In this document: positions 21,326 to 30,758 of the stretch, piece by piece
How the letters are laid out: each line of letters opens with the position of its first letter
Numbering within the stretch: position 1 is the first letter of the stretch
Source: an uncultured delta proteobacterium
GTDB lineage: Bacteria; Myxococcota_A; Polyangia; Haliangiales; Haliangiaceae
Reading direction: 5' to 3'
NCBI GenBank assembly: GCA_963848295.1
Contig: CAWKDB010000010.1
Location: 3,168,001-3,232,000 of the forward strand
DNA: 64,000 bases
Notes under the pieces: generated by a model
The model's database searches: none
What the model saw: the letters and a program-made list of their open reading frames with translations, nothing else
What the model was told of the DNA's origin: nothing
Made by a program: the position numbers and the translations under genes

Positions 21326-21403
21326 AAGGTTGGCCATGCAGCGGCGACGCACGACTATCGGCCGAGCGTTATTCGCGATGTCAGCTCAGCCGGGTGGAAT
21401 CGC

Positions 21404-22297
21404 TCAGAGCGGGACCGGTTCCGTGGCAACGCCAGCAAACCGCGCGAGCCAATAGGTGCCGCACGGAAATAGCGAGACGACTCGAGTTCGCCAGACCACG
21501 AGCGCGAAGCGGTAGGCGGCAAGGAATGCGCGGTACTTGCCGAGCGCGTCGATGCGCGCCTCGGTCCGTCCCGCGAAACGCGGACGTAGGTTGCGCCGCG
21601 GCGCGAACGTGGTCGGCGCCTCGTCCCAGCGTTGCTCGAGGATTCGGCGCCGCCCAAGCACCGACGCGCCGGTGTCACGCCGCGTCTCAGCAACCTCGCG
21701 TTCGACGCGCTCGACCCCCGCGCGCACCTCAGCGATGAACGCGTCGGCCGGGCCGAGCTCGGCGGGAATCGTCATGCGGAGCTCGATCTTTTCGGGCAGC
21801 GGACCCGGATCGCGAAAAAAGTGACGTGGTCGCGTTGCCCTCAGCGCCCTTCCCGACACGAGGTTGGTGTACGTGTTGACCCCGGGCCAATGATGGACGC
21901 GCTCGACGAGACGATCTTTGACCGGATTTGCGACGGAATAGACGACCTTGGCGATCACGGTTTCGCGATCCAATAGTCGGGTCACGCACGGCTCCCCAGC
22001 AGCCCAGAAGTTTTCCCACCGCCCGCGCAGCGCGTTCTGGCTGCGAGCGACCAGGCTATGAAAGTACGTGATGAACTCGGGACATCGACCATCGCGGTCG
22101 TAGATCGTCGTGTGGTGGTGATTCGACTCCGCGACCGTATGGACCACCTCCATCCCGCAACGCTGCGCAGCGACGGCGAGGCAATAGGCGTACGCGTTGT
22201 TCGTCGCCGCATCGGGCCGCAGTAAGAACCACTGGTTCGCACAACGCCGAGTGAGCAAGTAGAACTGGTTGCGGAGGACTTCGCGAGGCCGGGTCAC
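21404..22297 (-). mobile_element. REP-associated tyrosine transposase (RAYT/TnpA-REP-like, HUH Y1) with C-terminal extension
   Basis: YLLTRRC, SNHHH (HUH), ENFW, catalytic Y in VVYSVANPVK, HWPG. Likely GTG start at 22297; the longer 5' end in the track is repeat-derived. Confidence 0.85.
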
Positions 22298-22384
22298 GCG
22301 CGTGACGTTCGCAAGAACTGCACCATCCCAACCCCATGATTCTTGCTCCGCGTTTGTCCGAACTGTCCGAGTCTTGGCCGAATC

Positions 22385-22766
22385 CGGCCGGACACTTGCG
22401 GCCGGACACTTGCCTCCGGTTCGGTCTTGTGAAGCCGGTCTCGAGCAATACCTCCGGTTCGGCCTCGGCCCAATTACCTCCGGTTCGGCCTCGCCGCACT
22501 TGCCTCCGGTTCGGTCTTGTGAAGCCGGTCTCGAGCAATACCTCCGGTTCGGCCTCGGCCCAATTACCTCCGGTTCGGCCTCGCCGACTTGCGGCCGGAC
22601 ACTTGCCTCCGGTTCGGTCTTGTGAAGCCGGTCTCGAGCAATACCTCCGGTTCGGCCTCGGCCCAATTACCTCCGGTTCGGCCTCGGCCCAATTACCTCC
22701 GGTTCGGCCTCGAGCCCAATTACCTCCGGTTCGGCCTCGCGCAATTACCTCCGGTTCGGCCTCGCG
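22385..22766 (-). repeat. Right repeat array of the Y1 transposase locus
   Basis: CCTCCGGTTCGG on + at 22413, 22451, 22477, 22503, 22541, 22567, 22606, 22644, 22670, 22696, 22723 and 22748; a ~90-bp (38+26+26) higher-order unit occurs about three times, followed by 25-27-bp units. Confidence 0.95.
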
Positions 22767-22794
22767 CACAAGGCGGCGAGGCGGGGCCCGGCGG

Positions 22795-23109
22795 CTACAG
22801 CAAGTCGACCCAGACTTCGTCGCCGACGAGCGTCACCGGATAGCGCCGCAGCTCGAGCCCGGCGTCGTGCGTACAGCGCCCGGTGTGGAGATCGAACTCG
22901 TAGCCGTGGCCCGGGCACACGATCGAGCCCGTGACGAGCAAACCATCGGCGAGCGCGACGTCTTCGTGCGGACAGACGCCCGGCACCGCGACGAGCGCGC
23001 CGTCGAGCCACGTCACGATCACCGGCCAGGTCACGCCTTCGACCGCGAACGCGCGCAGCTCGCCGGGAACGACGTCGGCGACGCGACAGACGTAGACGCG
23101 CAACGCCAT
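22795..23109 (-). CDS. Rieske [2Fe-2S] ferredoxin
   Basis: CPHED...CPGHGYEFDL motifs; 104 aa. Confidence 0.9.
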   Translation of the reverse strand: MALRVYVCRVADVVPGELRAFAVEGVTWPVIVTWLDGALVAVPGVCPHEDVALADGLLVTGSIVCPGHGYEFDLHTGRCTHDAGLELRRYPVTLVGDEVWVDLL

Positions 23110-23945
23110 TACGCGCTCCGCACTCGGCGCGGATCGAGATAGTCGCGCAAGCCATCGCCCAGGAGGTTCGCGCCGAGGATCACCCACATGATCGCGGCTC
23201 CGGGGATGAACACGTAGCCGCGAAAGCCCGCCTTCCACACGAACGCGGTGCCTTGCGCGAGCATCGCGCCCCACGTGTAGTCGAGCTGCGGACCGAGGCC
23301 CAAGAACGACAGCGAGGCTTCGACCGCGATCACCGTGCCGAAACCGAACGTGAGCTGGACGAACGTCGGTCCCCACACGTTCGGCAACAGGTGCCGCCGC
23401 ATGATGTGACCGCTCGGAGCGCCGAGCGCGACCGCCGCGGCGACGAAGTCGCGATCGCGCAACGCGAGCACCTGACCGCGTGAGACCCGCGCGTAGCCGA
23501 CCCAGCCGTTCGCGCACAGCGCTGCGATCACCACGCCCAGGCCGGGCTCGCGCACGGTCGCGACGATCGCGATGTTGAGCAAGATGCCGGGGAACGCCAT
23601 CAAGATATCGACGAACCGCATGATGATCTCGTCGGTGACGCCCGCGAACCAACCCGCGACGATGCCGAGCGCGAGGCCGATCGTGGACGAGATCGCGACG
23701 ACGCTCGTGCTGATCGTCAGCGCCGACCGCGCGCCCCACAGCAGCTGCGACAGCGTATCGATGCCGTTCGAGTCGGTGCCGAGCCAGTGCGCCGCCGACG
23801 CCCCGGCGAACCGATGATCGAGATCGATCGCGGTCGGGTCGTACGGTGCCATCACCGGTCCGAACAAGCCCGCGAGCACGAACAGAGCGAGCATCGCGAG
23901 CCCGACCTTCGCGCTCGGCGAGAGCTGACGCCACAACGCGGTCAT
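23109..23945 (-). CDS. Peptide/nickel ABC transporter permease (DppC/OppC type)
   Basis: [18 protein letters not shown]-loop region [26 protein letters not shown]. Confidence 0.93.
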   Translation of the reverse strand: MTALWRQLSPSAKVGLAMLALFVLAGLFGPVMAPYDPTAIDLDHRFAGASAAHWLGTDSNGIDTLSQLLWGARSALTISTSVVAISSTIGLALGIVAGWFAGVTDEIIMRFVDILMAFPGILLNIAIVATVREPGLGVVIAALCANGWVGYARVSRGQVLALRDRDFVAAAVALGAPSGHIMRRHLLPNVWGPTFVQLTFGFGTVIAVEASLSFLGLGPQLDYTWGAMLAQGTAFVWKAGFRGYVFIPGAAIMWVILGANLLGDGLRDYLDPRRVRSA

Positions 23946-24877
23946 GCGCGGCGGATCCTCGGATCGATGACGCCGTAGAGGACGTCGACCCCGATGTTGA
24001 CGATGACGTAGATGATCGCGATCACGAGCACCGTGCCCTGCACGACCGGATAGTCGCGCTCGAGGATCGCGTCGAGCAGCGTCAGGCCCAAGCCGGGCCG
24101 CGAGAACACCTTCTCGACGATGATCGCGCCGGAGAGCAACGAGCCGAACTGCAGACCGGCGACCGTGATCACCGGCAGCAACGCGTTGCGCAGCGCATGG
24201 ACGTAGACGACGCGACGCTCCGGCACACCTTTCGCGCGCGCGGTCCGCACGAAGTCTTCGCCGAGCACCTCGACGAGCGCCGACCGCGTCATGCGGGACA
24301 GCATCGCCATCAAGTGCGTGCCGACCGCGAGCGCCGGCAAGATCAACGCGGCGAAGCCGGTCTCGGTCGGGCCCGGCAACCAATGCAGCTCGGCGAAGAA
24401 CACGAGCAGCAGCAAGCTCGCGAGCAACATCATCGGCACCGCGATGCCGGACAATGACACCGCGGTCGCGAACGTATCGATCCAGGTGCCACGCCGGACC
24501 GCCGCGAGCACGCCGAGGGGAAGCGCGAACAACATCGCGACCAGCATCCCGGCGAGCGCGAGCGCGATCGTGTGCGGCATGACCTCGGCGATCCGGGCGG
24601 CGACCGTCGGCTTGTGCTGTGGATCCGGGCATTGATGGCCGAGGGTGCCGTCGGCGATGTGGCCCATGAACGTGACGAACTGCTCGGGCAGCGACACGTC
24701 GAGGCCCATGCAGTGCTCGAGCTTCGCGCGCTGCGCGGGCGTGACCTCTCCGCCGGCGAGGTGATCGATCGGATCGCCCGGCACGATGTGCAGGAACGAG
24801 AACGCGAGGACGCAAACGCCGAGGATCGCGAGCGCGCCCGAGCCGAGCCGGCGCAGCAGGAACGATCCGAGCGACAC
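23942..24877 (-). CDS. Peptide/nickel ABC transporter permease (DppB/OppB type)
   Basis: [35 protein letters not shown]. Confidence 0.93.
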   Translation of the reverse strand: MSLGSFLLRRLGSGALAILGVCVLAFSFLHIVPGDPIDHLAGGEVTPAQRAKLEHCMGLDVSLPEQFVTFMGHIADGTLGHQCPDPQHKPTVAARIAEVMPHTIALALAGMLVAMLFALPLGVLAAVRRGTWIDTFATAVSLSGIAVPMMLLASLLLLVFFAELHWLPGPTETGFAALILPALAVGTHLMAMLSRMTRSALVEVLGEDFVRTARAKGVPERRVVYVHALRNALLPVITVAGLQFGSLLSGAIIVEKVFSRPGLGLTLLDAILERDYPVVQGTVLVIAIIYVIVNIGVDVLYGVIDPRIRRA

Positions 24878-24989
24878 CTACGCTAGCTTCGCCGGTATCG
24901 ACGCGAAGTCAATTGCCCCTAAAGGGACTCTTTCGCCGCAAGGTTCAACGCGTCCTTGCTTCGCCGGACGCGTTGTCGATCGCTCCGGC

Positions 24990-25481
24990 TCAATTGCTCG
25001 CGGGCGCGAGTGCGCAGAAGCCAGGCGTGGTCGAATCGACGACATCGCCGGGCGCGAGCACCGGTTCGCCACCGTGGGTGATCATCAACGGGTAGTTCCG
25101 GCACTCGTAGCCATCGCGGCAATCGCCGTTGCTCTTGCACGTGCGCATGCAGTAGCGAATCTCCGAGTCGCGCGGCACGCAGTGGCCGGTCAGATCGCAC
25201 AGCTCGTCGAGGTCGCAACCGTCGGGCGATTGGCCCTCCGTGCACAGCTCGTTCGAGAAGTCGCCGGTGAAGAACCGCACGCACTCGGCTTCGGTCGGGC
25301 ACGTGTCGTAGTCGCAACCCAAGATCGTGCAATAGCCATCGACCGGATCGGTATCGCAGAACCGCGCGCCGTTCGGATCGCAATCAGTGCTGAGCACGCA
25401 CGAGTCGCCGATTTCTTTGCCACAGCCGAGCAGCACGACGAACGCGGCGAGCACGAGCGGGCGGACCATGAGCGGGCGCAT
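24990..25481 (-). CDS. Cysteine-rich lipoprotein
   Basis: Lipobox VLLGC followed by many Cys (GYCT...C...DCRDGYEC), typical of myxobacteria. Confidence 0.75.
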   Translation of the reverse strand: MRPLMVRPLVLAAFVVLLGCGKEIGDSCVLSTDCDPNGARFCDTDPVDGYCTILGCDYDTCPTEAECVRFFTGDFSNELCTEGQSPDGCDLDELCDLTGHCVPRDSEIRYCMRTCKSNGDCRDGYECRNYPLMITHGGEPVLAPGDVVDSTTPGFCALAPASN

Positions 25482-25549
25482 CCTAGCGACCACTTCGACC
25501 CCCTGCAAGCTCGACGGGTTGCCCATGAAATCGAGTAGATTCCAGACAG

Positions 25550-26002
25550 ATGCGAGCCGTCGTTCAACGGGTGACCCGAGCGCGAGTCACGGTCGGTGAC
25601 CGCACGACCGGCCAGATCGATCACGGTCTGCTCGTCCTGCTCGCAGCCGGTGCCGGCGATGGGGCAAATGACCTCGCCTACGTCGTCGACAAGGTCGCCA
25701 ACCTGCGCGTGTTCGCCGACGCCGCCGGCAAGATGAACCGCTCGGTGCTCGATGTCGCCGGCGGCGTGCTCGTCGTCTCGCAATTCACGCTCTACGGCGA
25801 TGCGCGCACGGGTCGGCGGCCGGCATTTACCGGCGCGCTCGAGCCGATCGAGGCCCGCAGGCTCTACGACCAGGCGCTCGACGCGCTGCGTGCAGCGGGC
25901 GTCACGCGCGTCGAAGCCGGCGAGTTCGCGGCGGATATGCAGGTCGAGCTCGTCAACGACGGCCCGGTCACGATCCTTCTGGATTCGCGCAAGGGCTTCT
26001 AG
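25550..26002 (+). CDS. dtd: D-aminoacyl-tRNA deacylase
   Basis: MRAVVQRV start, SQFTL and NDGPVT signature motifs. Confidence 0.97.
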   Translation: MRAVVQRVTRARVTVGDRTTGQIDHGLLVLLAAGAGDGANDLAYVVDKVANLRVFADAAGKMNRSVLDVAGGVLVVSQFTLYGDARTGRRPAFTGALEPIEARRLYDQALDALRAAGVTRVEAGEFAADMQVELVNDGPVTILLDSRKGF

Positions 26003-26110
26003 GACGCGAAGCGCGGAGCGCGAAAGGCGCTGGCGCCAGGGAAAAATGACGGCGCGGTCGCACCGCCCTAGTTTCTGGCCCGGGGCGGAGTTACGTTCGG
26101 CTCGGCATCG

Positions 26111-27034
26111 ATGAAGGTCAGGTTCTGGGGAGTCCGCGGCTCCATTCCGGTGCCCGGGCGGTCGACCAACCGCTACGGTGGCAACACCTCCTGCGTCGAG
26201 GTTCGACCGCGGGGCGAATCGCCGATCATCATCGACGCCGGCACCGGCATCCGCCGGCTCGGCAAGTCGCTGCTCGAGGAGGCGTTCGGCGACGGCAAGG
26301 GCACCGCGTCGATCCTGATCAGCCACACCCACTGGGACCACGTCCAGGGGTTGCCGTTCTTCTCGCCGCTCTATCGCGCGGGCAACGAGGTCAACATCTT
26401 CGCGCGCCAACGCGACATGCACCTCGAAGCGGTGTTCTCGGCGCAGCACGGCGCGCCGTACTTCCCGGTGCCGCTGTCGGCGATCCACGCGGGCATGCAC
26501 TTCCACGAGCTGACCGACAACGCGAGCTTCGAGATCGGCCACGCGAAGGTCACGTGCACCCGGCTCAACCATCCGTGGACCGCGATCGCGTATCGCGTCG
26601 AGGTCGATCGCGCGTCGGTCGTGTACTGCGCCGACACCGCGCCGTTCACCGACGTCTTGCTCGGCCAAGAGTTCATCGAGCGCCCGCCGGTCGGCTCGGT
26701 GCCGCCGCCGATCCGGGCCGAGCTCACCGAGATGCGCGACGCGGTGATCGCGCTGTGCCGCGACGCGGATCTCTTGATCTACGATACGCAGTTCACGCCC
26801 GAGGAGTACAAGGTTCGCCCGCACTGGGGCCACTCGCGGCCCGACGACGCGATCGAGATCGCGCGCAAGGCCGGCGCGAAGCGGCTGTGCTTGTTCCATC
26901 ACGCGCCGATGCGGTCCGACGATCAGAACGATCAGATCCTCGCGACGTACCGCAAGGTCGTCGCCGATGCGAATGACAAGCTCGAGCTGATGAGCGCGTA
27001 CGAAGGCCTCGAGCTGACGCTGGGGGACGAATGA
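26111..27034 (+). CDS. MBL-fold metallo-hydrolase (paralog 1)
   Basis: FWGVRGS, GGNTSC, SHTHWDH, WGHS, LFHH. Confidence 0.9.
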   Translation: MKVRFWGVRGSIPVPGRSTNRYGGNTSCVEVRPRGESPIIIDAGTGIRRLGKSLLEEAFGDGKGTASILISHTHWDHVQGLPFFSPLYRAGNEVNIFARQRDMHLEAVFSAQHGAPYFPVPLSAIHAGMHFHELTDNASFEIGHAKVTCTRLNHPWTAIAYRVEVDRASVVYCADTAPFTDVLLGQEFIERPPVGSVPPPIRAELTEMRDAVIALCRDADLLIYDTQFTPEEYKVRPHWGHSRPDDAIEIARKAGAKRLCLFHHAPMRSDDQNDQILATYRKVVADANDKLELMSAYEGLELTLGDE

Positions 27035-27873
27035 GGATCCGGTTCTGGGGCGTGCGCGGTTCGATCCCGGCGCCGGGACCGGAGACCAATCGCTTCGGCG
27101 GTAATACGTCGTGCGTGTCGATCGACACCGCGGCCGGCAAGCTCGTGATCATCGACATGGGCACCGGGCTCATGCACCTCGGCAATTCGCTGATGGCCGG
27201 CGCGTTCGGCAAGGGCCAGGGCACCGCCGCGATCTTGCTGTCGCACACCCACTGGGATCACATCCAAGGGCTAGGGTTCTTCGCCCCGGTGTTCATCGCC
27301 GGCAATCAGTTCAACCTGTGGGGCCCGGGCGGCTCGCCCGACGCGCTCGAGGCGATCCTCGAGGGCCAGATGGATCCGAACTTCTCGCCGCTCCAGACGC
27401 TGAAGAACTTCTCCGCGAAGTTCGACGTCGCCTCGGCGCACCCCGGCGTGCCGTTCGAGGCCGAAGGGCTCGTGGTCACCGCGCGCCTGCACGCTCACGG
27501 CGGGACGACCGCGCTCGCGTTCCGCATCGAAGAAGCCGGCCGGGTGTTCGTCTACGCGTCCGATGTCGGCTATCCGGAGACTGGCGCCGAGCCCGACGCG
27601 ATCGCGTTCTATCGCGGCGCCGACGTGCTGCTGCACGACACGACGTACCGGCCCGAGGATCAAGCGACGCGGCGCAACCGCGGGTTCTCGTCGTACGACG
27701 AAGCAACCGCAGTCGCGATCGCTGCGAAGGTGAAGCGCCTCGTCACGTTCCACTACGATCAGGACTACAGCGACGACGACGTCGATCAGATCGTCGCGGC
27801 CTGCGAGCGCACGCTCGCGCCGCACGGCATCGCGGTCACGCCGGCGCGCGAAGGCGACGAGCTAGAGATCTGA
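27031..27873 (+). CDS. MBL-fold metallo-hydrolase (paralog 2)
   Basis: FWGVRGS, GGNTSC, SHTHWDH; ATGA overlap with paralog 1. Confidence 0.9.
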   Translation: MRIRFWGVRGSIPAPGPETNRFGGNTSCVSIDTAAGKLVIIDMGTGLMHLGNSLMAGAFGKGQGTAAILLSHTHWDHIQGLGFFAPVFIAGNQFNLWGPGGSPDALEAILEGQMDPNFSPLQTLKNFSAKFDVASAHPGVPFEAEGLVVTARLHAHGGTTALAFRIEEAGRVFVYASDVGYPETGAEPDAIAFYRGADVLLHDTTYRPEDQATRRNRGFSSYDEATAVAIAAKVKRLVTFHYDQDYSDDDVDQIVAACERTLAPHGIAVTPAREGDELEI

Positions 27874-27882
27874 GCGTGCGGG

Positions 27883-27927
27883 GCTACGGCGCTGTGAGGA
27901 CCGTTGCCGCATAAGCGGCGCCGTAGC
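27883..27927. terminator. Stem-loop between convergent genes at the edge of the low-GC island
   Basis: GCTACGGCGC (27883-27892) and GCGCCGTAGC (27918-27927) form a perfect 10-bp inverted repeat; no U tract. Confidence 0.4.
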
Positions 27928-27938
27928 ATCGACGAAGT

Positions 27939-28754
27939 CTAGTCCGCTGGTAACAGCTCTTTGAGCCGAACCCCGATCGCGTGCGTTCGAGCATGGCCCA
28001 GCAACATGGTATTGCCTGCTCCGAAAAAGGTGCAGGCCCACTCATGTGCCGCGGTCTCCATGTCACCACGGACCTTCTTTACGATGTCCGGCATCGGTCG
28101 CAGATTGCGGGCGGCCCCAATGGCCCTCTGGAGGACTCGCTTCGGGTTCTTTGTGTCCGTCCAACCGGAGGGCCAACCCTTTACTTGCCTTCCGGTCACC
28201 CCAAGCGCCTGCCGAACTCCATCCTCGTGGCGCATGAGTCCCTCGAACATCGGATCCATGCATATCGCAAGGACTGCCCCGGTTTCGAGCACCGGAACTC
28301 TTGTGCGCGCCGAGGGAGCATGGCGTCCTTGCAGTTCCGCGAGCCGCTCGGTGGCCCATTCTTTCCAGCGTTGAGGCAGCTTAGCGTTGTTGGAGAGAGC
28401 CTCGTACAGCCACAAGGTCTCGTGCCAGCGACAAGGCGTTGCCTCGGGATCCCATGGCGGTTGGAGATCCCATGCAACCACTGCGGCGTCAAAAGGCGAC
28501 CGCTCGAGTTCTGCCGCGATGAGCTCATCGATGCCAACGCTCGTTCCGCTCGTCTTTGAACGCAGCTTCTTGATGGCAGGATCAAGCGCAACCAGGTGCT
28601 TCTTGTTGATTGGGACTACACGCTCCACTCGCGTCACGCCTAGAACCCGAGGAATCACTTCGAGCCAAAGCTCGGGAAACCAGTCGCCGCTGGCTCGCCG
28701 TTTCTCGCCTAGGCTGCCTTCGGCAAATAGCACAACGCGCGCGGGCGGCATCAT
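27939..28754 (-). CDS. Hypothetical protein, divergent TOPRIM/DUF4276-like partner of the upstream ATPase
   Basis: N-terminal VVLFAEG, central VVAWD, later MFEGLM and NPKRVL resemble DUF4276-type motifs; 4-nt overlap with the ATPase stop. Confidence 0.55.
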   Translation of the reverse strand: MMPPARVVLFAEGSLGEKRRASGDWFPELWLEVIPRVLGVTRVERVVPINKKHLVALDPAIKKLRSKTSGTSVGIDELIAAELERSPFDAAVVAWDLQPPWDPEATPCRWHETLWLYEALSNNAKLPQRWKEWATERLAELQGRHAPSARTRVPVLETGAVLAICMDPMFEGLMRHEDGVRQALGVTGRQVKGWPSGWTDTKNPKRVLQRAIGAARNLRPMPDIVKKVRGDMETAAHEWACTFFGAGNTMLLGHARTHAIGVRLKELLPAD

Positions 28755-29998
28755 TCTCCGGGTTCATTGACGTAGCGCGCTCCCGGCGGAACGCTCGCCG
28801 AGAAGCGTTTTGCTTCTTCGCGATCGCGGAACGGCTTGTAATGCGTTTCGCCGGCTTCTCGCCTTACTTGGAGCACATCGTCGAGTTCAACGTGATCTAG
28901 AAGCCAAGGAGAGTGCGTCGTGACCAACACCTGTGTGCCGCGATCGCTGGCTGAGCGCAGCACCTTGAGCACGCGGAGCACCGTCCAAGGATCGAGCCCG
29001 TTCTCAATCTCCTCAATACACAACAAGGATGGTGGAGGGTCGCGATTGAGCAGGGCGAAGATCGCGGTAATTCGACGTGTTCCCTCCGACAACATCCAAG
29101 CGGGAATCGGGAATCGACCCTTTCCTTTCCGACCTTGAAACGGCATGACCTCGGTCAAGGAGTAATGCACCGGCTCGTCTCGAGAGCCCCTCGGCTTCGA
29201 TACCTGCACGTCGGTGATGTCCGGGAGCACGTTCTGGATCTCTTCGACCAGAGCTGCACGTTGCTCCTTGTTCAGCTCGCTCAGCAACGCGGGGAGCATG
29301 TGGCCCTCCTCATCGAGGAGCGGATCGAAGGACTTGCGCTTTGCGGGAGAGTCCATCGCTAGGCGGTTCGGACTCAGCCTGAGGAAGACGGCTCTGCGCC
29401 AGAAGTCCACGAGGTTTCCCACTGGATCCTCGGCGCTACTCTTGAACTGCACGCGTGACGCAGCGCCCAACGCCAAACGATCTGGATCATCGAATTGGCG
29501 CTGACGTTTCGGATCATCTGCGTATAGATTGCGAGCGCCGGGCTGCATGCGCTTCGGGTCGCCCTCTTCGGAGGTCTGAATGAGTCGCTGCTGCCTGCCG
29601 CTTGCGGGCTTGAGGGTAAGCCGTTCGGCGCCGATCAACGGTGTTGCACGATCGCTACCCTCGAACACCTTTACCTCGTAGTCGAGATCCGCAGGTTCCT
29701 CTGCATCTTCCCGGACCCACGTGAGTCTCAACCTGAAATACTTCGGCGTCTTTTGAGAGCGGACGTTGATGAGATCGTGAATTCCTCTGTATCGGTTGGA
29801 TGCTGTCCGGGCGTCCTGCCGAAGTGTCGTGTCGAGCCATTGGAGAGCTTCGAGCAACGTGCTCTTGCCCGAGCCGTTACGACCAATGACCACCGTGAAG
29901 GGCCGTAGCTGAATAGCAGGCGGTTTGAAGGCGGCCTTGAACCGTTCTAGCGTCACGGAACTAAGGCGGAGCTGTGGATCACCGCCATCATGCCTCAT
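28751..29998 (-). CDS. ABC-type ATPase of the AAA_21/AAA_15 class
   Basis: Walker A GRNGSGKS, signature LSEGTRR, Walker B LCIEEIENGL, TTHSP; no TM segments; low GC. Confidence 0.9.
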   Translation of the reverse strand: MRHDGGDPQLRLSSVTLERFKAAFKPPAIQLRPFTVVIGRNGSGKSTLLEALQWLDTTLRQDARTASNRYRGIHDLINVRSQKTPKYFRLRLTWVREDAEEPADLDYEVKVFEGSDRATPLIGAERLTLKPASGRQQRLIQTSEEGDPKRMQPGARNLYADDPKRQRQFDDPDRLALGAASRVQFKSSAEDPVGNLVDFWRRAVFLRLSPNRLAMDSPAKRKSFDPLLDEEGHMLPALLSELNKEQRAALVEEIQNVLPDITDVQVSKPRGSRDEPVHYSLTEVMPFQGRKGKGRFPIPAWMLSEGTRRITAIFALLNRDPPPSLLCIEEIENGLDPWTVLRVLKVLRSASDRGTQVLVTTHSPWLLDHVELDDVLQVRREAGETHYKPFRDREEAKRFSASVPPGARYVNEPGE

Positions 29999-30197
29999 CG
30001 CTGCGTCTCCACGTCGATGATACTGATACCACTGTTGTCTCGGCCGCGGCGAGCGGCGGAACGATCAAGAGCTTGAAGAACGGGGCGCCGGCGCACGGAT
30101 TAGAGTGATGAGAACGAATCCAGAGTAGCAGCGTAGGCAGTCTTGCGCTGGCGGGATCCGTGGTGTTGCGAACCTGACGCCCGGATATACTTCTGCC

Positions 30198-30758
30198 ATG
30201 CGCGCCATTTGGCTCGAGGTGCCCGAGAGTTTTCTCGAGGAACGTCGACGGTACGGCCAGGACAAGAAGGACGAGCTCTGGGACGGAGTCCTTCATATCG
30301 TCCCGCAGCCGAAGACCATCCACGAGGATGTCGCGGCTCGGCTCATCGTTGCGCTCTTCGAAATCGTCAACCGTCGAAGCCTCAAATTCTGTCGCGCCGG
30401 TGTGTTTCGCGGCGAGGACAACTATCGGGTACCCGACCTGACCATCGCGAAGCCCGAGCACGTCTCGGAGCGTGGTTTCGAAGGCGCGGAGCTGATCATC
30501 GAAGTGCTGTCGCCGCACGACGAGAGCCGCGACAAGCTGCCGTTCTACGCGAGCGTCGGCGTCCGCGAGGTCTGGCTGATCGAGCCGCGCACGCGCACGA
30601 CCGACGTGCTCGCGCTGCGCGACGATCGCTATGCGCCGGTGCCGTGGATCGCCCGCCGCGCGCGCTCGCCGGAGCTCGGCATCGAGCTCGAGCGGGTCGC
30701 GACCGCCGAAGGCCCGACGCTCGAGCTGATCGACGGCGACGACGTCACGGTCGTCTAG
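30198..30758 (+). CDS. Uma2 family PD-(D/E)XK endonuclease
   Basis: ELWDG, H, VPDL, IIEVLSP, DKLPFYA..GVREVWLIEP. Confidence 0.9.
   Translation: MRAIWLEVPESFLEERRRYGQDKKDELWDGVLHIVPQPKTIHEDVAARLIVALFEIVNRRSLKFCRAGVFRGEDNYRVPDLTIAKPEHVSERGFEGAELIIEVLSPHDESRDKLPFYASVGVREVWLIEPRTRTTDVLALRDDRYAPVPWIARRARSPELGIELERVATAEGPTLELIDGDDVTVV

Noticed and set aside
22298..22666. Repetitive N-terminal extension of the transposase in the ORF track
   Set aside because: It is translation through the right repeat array; family-like sequence begins at about 22297.
20991..22766. CRISPR array interpretation of the two repeat clusters
   Set aside because: The cores are only 12-13 bp, the intervening sequences are themselves repeated rather than unique spacers, and there are no cas genes in the window.
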